64,000 nucleotides of DNA from Tannerella sp. (GTDB lineage: Bacteria; Bacteroidota; Bacteroidia; Bacteroidales; Tannerellaceae). A program made the position numbers and the translations under genes. Position 1 is the first letter of the stretch; every line of letters starts with the position of its first letter. The DNA lies in contig JAITMM010000184.1 in the NCBI GenBank assembly GCA_031277335.1, positions 2,541 to 66,540 of the forward strand, read 5' to 3'. Positions 48,251 to 56,666 of this stretch are shown here, piece by piece. Below the pieces are notes generated by a model. That model was given only the letters and a program-made list of their open reading frames with translations. It did not search any database and was not told where the DNA came from.

Positions 48251-49261
48251 TTATTTTTGAAAGATAGTAATTTGTTTCTTCCCATAGGCATTCGGGGTAT
48301 TAAGTGTTAGACTTTGAGTTTTATAATCGATCGGAGACGATAGCTTGAGGAGTTTCAGGACATCTTCCAAATTCATATTGTCGAATGTAGCTGTATATAT
48401 ATAACGTTTAATCGCTTCGTCCCGAATCTCAAATTCCACGTTATATTTTCTTGCCAATTCGTTAAGTACATTGATGATAGGTTCGTCGCGGAAAACCATT
48501 TTATAGTCCCGCCATGTCGATAATCCTGATTTTGGTATCTGAAGCACCTCTGTCTGCAAGGTTTGATTATCCACCACGGCATATTTTCCGGCTTGTAATG
48601 TAGTAGTTGCGACAGAGCCTGCCGACAGGGCTACCGTGCCGGTTACAACTGCGAGAATGGCTTGAGTGTCTTCTCCATAATGTTTGAAATTAAACGAAGT
48701 GCCAAGCACGCGTACTTTTAAATCACCGCTTTTGATGATGAATGGTTTCTTCTCGTCACGTGTCACATCGAAAAATGCTTCGCCAATCAATTCTACGCTT
48801 CTTGTTTCGCCGGTGAAATTACTTGGATAACTGATTGTAGATGAGGAATTGAGCCAGACGACTGTGCTATCCGGGAGGATGGCCTGCGAAGTGATTCCGG
48901 CCGGAACGTACAAAGTGATTATTTGCTGTTGCCCGACGGCCGTATCGTGATGATTTCCTGTAGAGATATATGATAAAGCCCAACCCAAAAGCAACGCTAT
49001 CGATGCTGCAATGCCGGAGACTCGCCACAAAGCCGACAGGGAATACTGACGTCGAATTTGCTGTTGGATCCCGGCCCATGTTCTTTCCTTATCATAATGA
49101 TTTGTTGAGTGCCGGGTATCAAATAATTGCCAGGATTCTTCCGATTGGCGGAATAAGTGTTCGTTTTCAACAGACGACTGCCTCCACTGATTGATTTGAT
49201 CAGTTTCTTCAGGAGTACTTTCGCCACTCAAATATTTTGCTATCAGCGTATCTATGTCCAT
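48251..49261 (-). CDS. FecR-family anti-sigma factor
   Basis: 336 aa. Cytoplasmic N-terminus, single transmembrane helix (LWRVSGIAASIALLLGWAL) and a periplasmic FecR-like domain. It sits between the ECF sigma gene and the SusC-like gene. Confidence 0.9.
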   Translation of the reverse strand: MDIDTLIAKYLSGESTPEETDQINQWRQSSVENEHLFRQSEESWQLFDTRHSTNHYDKERTWAGIQQQIRRQYSLSALWRVSGIAASIALLLGWALSYISTGNHHDTAVGQQQIITLYVPAGITSQAILPDSTVVWLNSSSTISYPSNFTGETRSVELIGEAFFDVTRDEKKPFIIKSGDLKVRVLGTSFNFKHYGEDTQAILAVVTGTVALSAGSVATTTLQAGKYAVVDNQTLQTEVLQIPKSGLSTWRDYKMVFRDEPIINVLNELARKYNVEFEIRDEAIKRYIYTATFDNMNLEDVLKLLKLSSPIDYKTQSLTLNTPNAYGKKQITIFQK

Positions 49262-49382
49262 AAATGATCATGAGGATTTTTTTGCCTCTATTTTATAGAC
49301 ACCTGATGGCACGTCTACCCTTAAAATAAATTAATTATTTTTAAAAATATTTACATCATGTACGGCGACATTAAAGATTACT

Positions 49383-49901
49383 CTATCGGTGATATATCGC
49401 AAACAATCTTTCTCTTATTTTTCTTAGAGCAATGCCCATTTGCGATTCTACGGTTTTTATTGAAATTTCGAGACGCTCGGCGATTTGTTTGTAGGTGAGC
49501 ATTTCTTTTTTACTCAGATTGAAAATAATTTTGCATTTGTCAGGCAAGGTATCTATAGCGCTTTGTATGTGAAGCGTAAATTCATCTATATCAAAACATT
49601 CCTCACCTCGGCGATTTTCCGTTTCGTGTTCTACCCATTGTTCCAGCAGTGAATTTCGGCGTTTCTCATTACGGATTGCATTTAGCATCCGGTTGCGGGC
49701 GGCGGTATACAGATATGTCTTAATTGATGTAATTTGCAGTGTTTCACGTTCTTCCCACAATTTGATAAAGATGTCCTGCACCACCTCTTCGATTATCATG
49801 CGGTCAGTTGTATAAAAGGCCAGAAATCGGCATAGCGGTTCGAACATACAGTCGAACAACTGCCGAAATGAATCTCTTGTGATATGAAATGTCTCGTCCA
49901 T
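49383..49901 (-). CDS. ECF sigma-70 factor (Bacteroidota PUL-associated type)
   Basis: 172 aa. Region 2 (VQDIFIKLWEERE) and region 4 (LTYKQIAERLEISIKTVESQMGIALRKIR). Confidence 0.9.
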   Translation of the reverse strand: MDETFHITRDSFRQLFDCMFEPLCRFLAFYTTDRMIIEEVVQDIFIKLWEERETLQITSIKTYLYTAARNRMLNAIRNEKRRNSLLEQWVEHETENRRGEECFDIDEFTLHIQSAIDTLPDKCKIIFNLSKKEMLTYKQIAERLEISIKTVESQMGIALRKIRERLFAIYHR

Positions 49902-49999
49902 AACGCATTAGCGCTAATACTTATTATTGACAAAGAAAAGAGTCGTCATTTTCGACAATGAATTTAGTGCAAATCTACAAAAAATAAAATTGAAATGAT

Positions 50000-50007
50000 T
50001 ATTTTTG
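50000..50007 (+). promoter_or_regulatory. Candidate -7 box TATTTTTG
   Basis: TAnnTTTG match 20 nt upstream of the ATG at 50027. Confidence 0.35.
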
Positions 50008-50026
50008 TAATTCAAAGATAAAGTAG

Positions 50027-52933
50027 ATGAATATGAACTCGGCAACATTAAAAAATGAAGACAACTGCAAGAAAGACAAGTCTTTTTTATCAGTGAATCC
50101 ATCACCGTCCGATTACAAACAGTTTGTAGATAAGGTGTCTTCGGCTATACCTGCCAAACGGATTATTACCAATCAGTTACAGTTACTTGCTTATAGTACG
50201 GATGCCAGCCAGTACCGGTTGATTCCCAAGGTAATTGTGCAGGTGCACACTGAAGATGAGGCTATTACTGTTATCAGGCAATGTTTTTCGCTGAAAATTC
50301 CCGTTACTTTCCGTGCGGCCGGGACGAGCCTGTCCGGACAGGCGGTCAGCGACTCGGTTTTGATGATTGCTTCGCATAAATGGAGACATTACGATATCTT
50401 GGACAATGGAATGAAAATAAGGCTTCAACCCGGAATTATCGGTTCGCGCGCGAACATTTTTTTAAAGCCTTACGGGCGAAAAATAGGACCTGATCCGGCG
50501 TCGATAAATGCTGCTATGATCGGAGGTATAGCGTCAAATAATGCAAGCGGGATGTGCTGTGGCACAGCGCAAAACTCGTATCAAACAGTTGCCGATGTTC
50601 GGCTGATTTTGTATGACGGTACGGTGTTGAATACTGAAGATTCGGGCAGTGTTGAGACATTCAAAACGGCTCATCCGGAGATGATTCGTGAGATAGAAGC
50701 GATTCGTGACGAAATAAAATCAGATAAGTCGCTGACGAACAGGATAAAATATAAGTACAAAATCAAAAATACGACAGGTTACAGCATCAACGCTTTTGTC
50801 GACTACGACGATCCGATCGATATCATTAAACACTTGATAATCGGCTCGGAAGGGACGCTGGCTTTTATCTCGGACATTACCTACAACACGGTTGCAGATG
50901 AGAAATTGAAAGCTTGCGCGTTGCTTATTTTCGAGACGATCGAGCTTGCCTGCGAAGCGGTGCCGCTGTTGAAGAAAAGTCCTGTTTCGGCGGTCGAACT
51001 GTTGGACAGGGATTCGATCCGGTCGGTCGAGGACGACCCCGAAGCGCCCGGTTATTTCCGCACGCTGCCCGAAACGGCTTGTGTGTTATTGGTTGAGATC
51101 CAGGCTGATAATCAGGAGCAGTTGATGGAAAAGGAGCAGGCAGTACGTAAAGCTGTCTTTCCGATTCAAACTATCAAAAGCTACCACTTTACGTCTGATC
51201 CTAAAGAATATAACTTCAACTGGAAGGCGCGCAAGGGATTACTGTCATCGGTCGGCGGATTGCGCAACACGGGGACGACATGTATCATTGAGGATGTGGC
51301 GTTTCCTGTCGAAAGGCTGGCGGAGGCGTGTAAAGCGTTGAAAATGTTGTTTAAGAAGTATGAATATCACGACGCCGTCCTGTTTGGGCATGCGATGGAC
51401 GGCAATCTGCATCTTGTTTTCTCCCAGGATTTTAACATAGAAAGCGAAGTGAAGAGATATGCTGATTTGATGAACGAACTGTCTGATATTGTGGTACATC
51501 AATTTGACGGGTCACTGAAAGCCGAGCATGGCACCGGTCGCAATATGGCACCGTTTGTTGAAAAGGAATGGGGCGCAACGGCTTATAAGCTGATGAAAAG
51601 GATTAAAAAGTTATTTGACCCTGATAATCTGATTAATCCCGGTGTCATCATCAACGGGAATCCTAATATACACGTCGAAAATCTGAAACCGTTGCCTGCT
51701 GTTAATGAGTTGGTAGACAAATGTATGGAATGCGGTTTTTGCGAATCGGCTTGCGTAGCCGAAGGATTGACATTGTCTCCGCGTCATAGAATCGTGATAG
51801 CAAGAGAGATAGCGCGATTGGAAGCAGTAAAGGAAGCAAATCCCGCCGACCGGCACCGCCTAAAGCGTATTGCCCGCGACTCACGTTATTTTTCCAACGA
51901 AACGTGCGCAACCGATGGCCTTTGCGGATTGATTTGCCCTGTGAAAATAGATACAGGCAAATATATCAAACAGTTACGACATGATGAATCGTCATCGCTG
52001 TCCCGCAAAACATCATCATGGATAGCCCATCATTTTGCATTTACAACTACCATAATGCGACTGATGCTTAATACAGTATATCTTTTCCAACTCCTATTCG
52101 GCAACAAGTTCATGTCAGCTGTATCATCCTTATTGCGAAAAATTTCTTTCCAAAAAATCCCGTCCTGGAACCCCTATTTTCCGAAAGGGTCAATTCTCCC
52201 TCCCCTCTCCCCTCGGAGAGGGGCCGGGGGTGAGGTGGTCTATTTCCCCTCCTGCATCAACCGAACCATGGGAAAATCAGCAGATTACGACAAGAATGAA
52301 GTTGAATTAACACAAAAAACAGTCGAATTGCTTCAACGTGCCGGATACACCGTTATCTACCCTGAAAGCCTTGACAATCTGTGTTGTGGGATGGCTTTCA
52401 GCAGCAAGGGATTCAAAGAAGAAGGCAGCAGAAAGTCACTTGAACTCGAAGCCGCACTATTGAAAGCCTCCGAAAACGGCAAATATCCCATATTATTCGA
52501 TATGAGTCCATGCTTTTTCACATTCATGGAAGCAAACCGTAACACCTCGTTAAGAGTCTATGACCCAATAGCTTTTATGCTGGAATTTGTAATGCCGAAA
52601 CTGAATGTAAAACTTAAAAAAGCAAAAGTTGCCGTCTTCCCCGTTTGCTCGGTCAAAAAGATCGGGATGGAAGATAACTTGCTTAGATTGGCTGAATTAT
52701 GTGCTGAAGAAGTTACGATAATAGAATCTAACTGTTGCGGATTTGCCGGCGACAGAGGATTCACCTTTCCGGAACTCAACGCACATGGACAGAGGCATTT
52801 AAAAGAGCAAATACCGCATGAATGCCATGAAGGTTACTCCACCAGCCGCACCTGCGAAATCGGGATGAACGAACATAGCGGCGGAATCAGCTTTAAATCA
52901 ATATTCTACCTGATTGACGATGTTACAAAATAA
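50027..52933 (+). CDS. FAD-linked oxidase fused to 4Fe-4S and CCG (cysteine-rich) domains; YdiJ-like D-2-hydroxyacid dehydrogenase
   Basis: 968 aa. N-terminal FAD-binding PCMH domain. Cluster motifs CMECGFCESAC and CATDGLCGLICP. Two CCG motifs (NLCCGMAFS, NCCGFAGDRG). Confidence 0.85.
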   Translation: MNMNSATLKNEDNCKKDKSFLSVNPSPSDYKQFVDKVSSAIPAKRIITNQLQLLAYSTDASQYRLIPKVIVQVHTEDEAITVIRQCFSLKIPVTFRAAGTSLSGQAVSDSVLMIASHKWRHYDILDNGMKIRLQPGIIGSRANIFLKPYGRKIGPDPASINAAMIGGIASNNASGMCCGTAQNSYQTVADVRLILYDGTVLNTEDSGSVETFKTAHPEMIREIEAIRDEIKSDKSLTNRIKYKYKIKNTTGYSINAFVDYDDPIDIIKHLIIGSEGTLAFISDITYNTVADEKLKACALLIFETIELACEAVPLLKKSPVSAVELLDRDSIRSVEDDPEAPGYFRTLPETACVLLVEIQADNQEQLMEKEQAVRKAVFPIQTIKSYHFTSDPKEYNFNWKARKGLLSSVGGLRNTGTTCIIEDVAFPVERLAEACKALKMLFKKYEYHDAVLFGHAMDGNLHLVFSQDFNIESEVKRYADLMNELSDIVVHQFDGSLKAEHGTGRNMAPFVEKEWGATAYKLMKRIKKLFDPDNLINPGVIINGNPNIHVENLKPLPAVNELVDKCMECGFCESACVAEGLTLSPRHRIVIAREIARLEAVKEANPADRHRLKRIARDSRYFSNETCATDGLCGLICPVKIDTGKYIKQLRHDESSSLSRKTSSWIAHHFAFTTTIMRLMLNTVYLFQLLFGNKFMSAVSSLLRKISFQKIPSWNPYFPKGSILPPLSPRRGAGGEVVYFPSCINRTMGKSADYDKNEVELTQKTVELLQRAGYTVIYPESLDNLCCGMAFSSKGFKEEGSRKSLELEAALLKASENGKYPILFDMSPCFFTFMEANRNTSLRVYDPIAFMLEFVMPKLNVKLKKAKVAVFPVCSVKKIGMEDNLLRLAELCAEEVTIIESNCCGFAGDRGFTFPELNAHGQRHLKEQIPHECHEGYSTSRTCEIGMNEHSGGISFKSIFYLIDDVTK
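52196..52237. repeat. GC-rich palindromic element, copy 1, lying in-frame inside the YdiJ-like CDS
   Basis: CTCCCTCCCCTCTCCCCTCGGAGAGGGGCCGGGGGTGAGGTG. The core hairpin is CCCCTC-GGA-GAGGGG. The right-hand 25 nt match the copy at 54026-54067 at 24 of 25 positions. Confidence 0.6.
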
Positions 52934-52937
52934 TCAT

Positions 52938-53897
52938 TTAAGGGTTGACAATATTCACTGCCGACCCGTTTATAAAAGCCGCTAAATTATTGACCGCTAT
53001 ATCCATCAGCCTTGTTCTTGCTTCGCGGGTTGCCCAGGAGATATGCGGGGTAATCAGGCAGTTTTTGGCGGAAAACAGCGGATTGTCGGGGGTAGGCGGT
53101 TCGACGGAGAGGACGTCGATGCCGGCGCCGGCAATCACGCCGTTGTTTAACGCTTCCGCCAGGTCGGCATCGACGATGACAGGTCCGCGGGCCGTGTTTA
53201 TCACAAAGGCGGTACTCTTCATCAGCTTCAAACGCTCCCTGTCGATCAGTCCTTTTGTCTCCGGAAATAACGGGCAGTGGATACTCACAACATCCGATTC
53301 CGCCAGCAGCTCGTTCACTTCCGCCCACTTGAAATTCTTCCTGTGCGACTGGTCGGATTGGAATTTGTCGTTGCCGATGACATTCATTCCAAAAACCGTA
53401 GCGATATCGGCCACCTTGCGGCCAATCGTTCCAAAGCCGATGATTCCCATTGTCTTGCCTGCCAGTTCAATCAACGGATAATCCCAGTAGCAGAAATCAA
53501 CCGACTGCGCCCAGCGTCCCTGCCGGACCGAATCGCTGTGATCCTGTACGTGATGGCACAGTTCGAGCAATAGGGCAAAGGTCATCTGCGCCACGGAATC
53601 CGTGCCATAGCCCGGTATATTGGTGACAATGACGTCATTATCTTTAGCACCTGCAATATCCACCACATTATAACCTGTGGCCAGCACGCCAATATATTTT
53701 AATCCGGGGAGTTGGCCAATGGTCTCCCTGCTTAGCGGCGTCTTATTCGTAAAAACGATTTCGGCCCCTGCCGCCCGTTCAATGATTTGTTCCGCCACCG
53801 TCCGTTCATGGATTGTGACGTCTCCAAATTTTTTCAAACCATCCCAGGAGATGTCTCCCGGATTTAAAGTATAGCCATCTAAAATTACTATTTTCAT
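52938..53897 (-). CDS. D-isomer-specific 2-hydroxyacid dehydrogenase (glycerate dehydrogenase / hydroxypyruvate reductase-like)
   Basis: 319 aa. NAD motif MGIIGFGTIGRKVA. Catalytic-domain segments INTARGPVIV and TPHISWAT. Confidence 0.9.
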   Translation of the reverse strand: MKIVILDGYTLNPGDISWDGLKKFGDVTIHERTVAEQIIERAAGAEIVFTNKTPLSRETIGQLPGLKYIGVLATGYNVVDIAGAKDNDVIVTNIPGYGTDSVAQMTFALLLELCHHVQDHSDSVRQGRWAQSVDFCYWDYPLIELAGKTMGIIGFGTIGRKVADIATVFGMNVIGNDKFQSDQSHRKNFKWAEVNELLAESDVVSIHCPLFPETKGLIDRERLKLMKSTAFVINTARGPVIVDADLAEALNNGVIAGAGIDVLSVEPPTPDNPLFSAKNCLITPHISWATREARTRLMDIAVNNLAAFINGSAVNIVNP

Positions 53898-53902
53898 ACG
53901 CT

Positions 53903-54014
53903 AATAACTGAATAACTGAGTAACTGAATAACTGAATAACTGAATAACCGAATAACTGAATAACCGAGTAACTAAATAACCGAGTAACTAAATAATTGAT
54001 AGTTGTAATAACTA
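53903..54014. repeat. Tandem array of 14 octanucleotide units (consensus AATAACTG; CAGTTATT on the coding-sense strand)
   Basis: Read directly: AATAACTG x2, AGTAACTG, AATAACTG x2, AATAACCG, AATAACTG, AATAACCG, AGTAACTA, AATAACCG, AGTAACTA, AATAATTG, ATAGTTGT, AATAACTA. The array fills the spacer from the stop of 54012..54974 to 5 nt before the ATG at 53897. Confidence 0.9.
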
Positions 54015-54974
54015 AGCAATTCCATCTCCCCTCCCCTCTCTTTCGGAGAGGGGTCGGGGGTGAGGTGTCTTCGCCCAAGCCTCATTCAACGTCCGCTTCG
54101 CATTAGCCACCACAATATCGGGATCTTCATCACCCACCGGTTTTACCTCAAAGCTAACGGTCGGAAGCGTCTCCCCGTTTAAAAAGCCGATGTTAAACAG
54201 CACACGCAAGTATTCAACCACCTGATCGACATCATTTTCGCTGTTCGGGAACCCGAAGCGCGGATGTTCGTCGCCATACGCCTGCATCTCGGGGCTTTTA
54301 ATCACCGTATTGCCGATATGCGCATGGATGATATAGTCCTTGACGGGCAGCAGCGCTTCCTCGACCGTCTCGTGGATCATCGGGATATGGCTGAGGTCGA
54401 CCATCAGGCCGAAGTTGTCATATTCAGCCCTGATTTCCCGGGCATAACGCAAGGCAAGCGATGCCGGGCCGATCAGACTTTTCTTGGCGATGTCGTAGTC
54501 AAACACTTCGAGTGCGATTTTCATGTCGCCCTTGCTTTTGACGTAGGCACACAGTTCTCTCGTGGAGCTGACCAGCGCCTGATAGGATTCTTCCTTCGTT
54601 TCTTCGGCATATTTGCCGCTCAGGAATGCAAAGCCGGCAGCCCCCATTTCGTAGGCTTCGTCGATGCCTTCCTTCATATTGGCGAGGGCTGTTTGCCTGC
54701 CTTCTTCATTCAGGTCGTTGATATTCTGTCCTGTAATCAACAGTCTCGGTTGCCCGCCGTAGGCGATGCGCATGTGCGAACTGTCAAGCATTTTCTTCGC
54801 CTGGCGTCTGATTTCGGGATCCTTAATGGTGGTGATCTCGATGGCTGAAAAGTATTCGTCCACAGCGACTTTGCGGATCGTTTCCAGGATGGGGCCTTCG
54901 CCCCGGATCGTACTCGGATACGCCATAAAATGGACTAATCCGAGCTTCATGTATTTATGAATTGATTCAATCAT
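54012..54974 (-). CDS. Sugar phosphate isomerase/epimerase (xylose-isomerase-like TIM barrel; hydroxypyruvate-isomerase-like)
   Basis: 320 aa. Family-typical ALEVFDYD, MVDLSHIP, IHAHIGN and SFEVKP segments. The last about 18 residues (PHPRPLSEREGRGDGIA) are encoded by the GC-rich repeat. Confidence 0.85.
   Translation of the reverse strand: MIESIHKYMKLGLVHFMAYPSTIRGEGPILETIRKVAVDEYFSAIEITTIKDPEIRRQAKKMLDSSHMRIAYGGQPRLLITGQNINDLNEEGRQTALANMKEGIDEAYEMGAAGFAFLSGKYAEETKEESYQALVSSTRELCAYVKSKGDMKIALEVFDYDIAKKSLIGPASLALRYAREIRAEYDNFGLMVDLSHIPMIHETVEEALLPVKDYIIHAHIGNTVIKSPEMQAYGDEHPRFGFPNSENDVDQVVEYLRVLFNIGFLNGETLPTVSFEVKPVGDEDPDIVVANAKRTLNEAWAKTPHPRPLSEREGRGDGIA
54026..54067. repeat. GC-rich palindromic element, copy 2
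   Basis: CTCCCCTCCCCTCTCTTTCGGAGAGGGGTCGGGGGTGAGGTG, in the same plus-strand orientation as copy 1. It overlaps the 3' end of the minus-strand TIM-barrel CDS. Confidence 0.6.
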
Positions 54975-55031
54975 GATTGTTTGTTTAAAATTGTTTGTAT
55001 TTATTATGTTTTAATCGCTCATTCTATTGCG

Positions 55032-56660
55032 TCATGACGGCACCATAAACGATAATATATTGGACTGCAGGAATGTAAGCACGCACAGCAGGAGCAAAAG
55101 GATAAAACTGTGCTTGACCGTAAATCGGAACAAATCCGATTCCTTGCCGCCCAGCCCCACCGCAGCGCAGGCCACGGCAATCGATTGCGGCGAAATCATT
55201 TTCCCCGTCACGCCGCCCGACGCATTGGCAGCCAGCGCCAGCGTCGGATCCATCCCTACGCTGTTGGCCGTCTCGAACTGCAACGGGCCGAATAAATTGT
55301 TGGCCGCCGTATCGGAGCCGGTGACAAAGACGCCGACCCAGCCCAAAACAGGTGACAGAAAGGCAAATACGACACCCGAATTAGCCAGCGTAGCCGCCAG
55401 CGCCATCATCATCCCCGTATAATTGGCAATATTGGACAGCGCCAATACGGACATGATGGTGATCAGCGGGAAAGCCATCTCCCTGCATGTCTCGCCGAAG
55501 GTTTTGGCAAAATCTTTCCATGACATCCCGACGATAAACTTGGTGATGATCGCCGAGAAGAGCACGGCAGTGCCTGCCAATCCAAGGAAAGGGATACTGA
55601 ACTGAAGCACAGTAGGTTTCCCTGCGACATTGAATAAATGCCCCATCACGGCCGGCACATCCTGTATCCATGTCAATGCCTTGTCATTCAGGATGGTTTT
55701 CACTTGAGGCATTCCCCACAGCGTGACGAGAACCGTCAAAATGATATAGGGCGACCAAGCCTTCAGAATTTGACCGCCGGTATATTGTTTGTTGCTTTTT
55801 TCCGCCTGCTTTTCGTCGGCAAAATAGTAGGCGTTTTTTGGTTTCCAGAACCTTAAAAAGACTGCCAAAACGATAATGGATGCCAGCGACGATAGGATAT
55901 TGGGCAGTTCGGGGCCGACATAACTTGACACCAAGAATTGAACCAGCGCAAATGTGCCGCCTGAAATCAAAATGGCCGGAAGCACTTCTACAGTCTTTTT
56001 CCATCCTACCATGATGAGAACCAGATAGAACGGAACTATGAGTGAGATGAGCGACAATTGCCGACCCACCATCGCCGAAATCGCCGGCACGTCGTATCCG
56101 TAATTCCCGAACGTGGTGATGGGAATGCCGATCGACCCGAAAGCTACCGGCACCGTATTGGCGATCAGGCACAACCCGGCTGCATACAATGGCTTGAACC
56201 CCAGCCCGATCAACAATGCCGCCGAGATCACCACCGGAGCGCCGAATCCGGCCGAGCCTTCGAGGAAGGCGCCGAAACAGAAGGCAATGATAATGGCCTG
56301 CAGCCGCCGGTCGTCTGTGATGGCAACAATCGAACTGCGTATAATCTCAAACTGACCCGTCTTGACGGCAATCTTGTATAAGAAGATGGCTGTCAGGATA
56401 ATCCAGCCGATGGGCACCAAACCGTAGAGAGCGCCGTACGACGTGATCATCGTTGTCATGGCTACCGGCATCCTGAATACGAAAATTGCCAGTAAAAAGG
56501 TCACCAGCAATGCGGTAAGTCCGGCTACATACCCTTTCATCTTTTGAACGGCCAGCGCCCAGAATAAATACAGAATGGGAATGAGCGCCACACATGCCGT
56601 CCACCAAATGCTTCCGCCGACGGTATCGGCTTTTGTCGTAAATTCACCTAAAAAAATCAT
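55032..56660 (-). CDS. L-lactate/glycolate permease family (LctP) transporter
   Basis: 542 aa and highly hydrophobic. The sequence is typical of the LctP family (GLCLIANTVPVAFGSIGIPI, VTGSDTAANNLFG). Confidence 0.9.
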   Translation of the reverse strand: MIFLGEFTTKADTVGGSIWWTACVALIPILYLFWALAVQKMKGYVAGLTALLVTFLLAIFVFRMPVAMTTMITSYGALYGLVPIGWIILTAIFLYKIAVKTGQFEIIRSSIVAITDDRRLQAIIIAFCFGAFLEGSAGFGAPVVISAALLIGLGFKPLYAAGLCLIANTVPVAFGSIGIPITTFGNYGYDVPAISAMVGRQLSLISLIVPFYLVLIMVGWKKTVEVLPAILISGGTFALVQFLVSSYVGPELPNILSSLASIIVLAVFLRFWKPKNAYYFADEKQAEKSNKQYTGGQILKAWSPYIILTVLVTLWGMPQVKTILNDKALTWIQDVPAVMGHLFNVAGKPTVLQFSIPFLGLAGTAVLFSAIITKFIVGMSWKDFAKTFGETCREMAFPLITIMSVLALSNIANYTGMMMALAATLANSGVVFAFLSPVLGWVGVFVTGSDTAANNLFGPLQFETANSVGMDPTLALAANASGGVTGKMISPQSIAVACAAVGLGGKESDLFRFTVKHSFILLLLLCVLTFLQSNILSFMVPS

Positions 56661-56666
56661 ATTTTA

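Noticed and set aside
40300-50000. A mobile genetic element or genomic island.
   Set aside because: I recognised no integrase, transposase, tRNA target or flanking direct repeats. Only a compositional difference was seen, and that is reported as a low-interest finding.
53903-54014. The possibility that the short-repeat array is a CRISPR.
   Set aside because: The units are 8 nt long and directly abutting, with no spacers, and no cas genes are present. It is a microsatellite-like tandem repeat.
53806-54078. A 90-aa ORF with YSVIQLF repeats.
   Set aside because: It is simply the translation of the octanucleotide array (3 x 8 nt gives an 8-aa period) plus the GC-rich palindromic element. It also overlaps the start of one real gene and the end of another.
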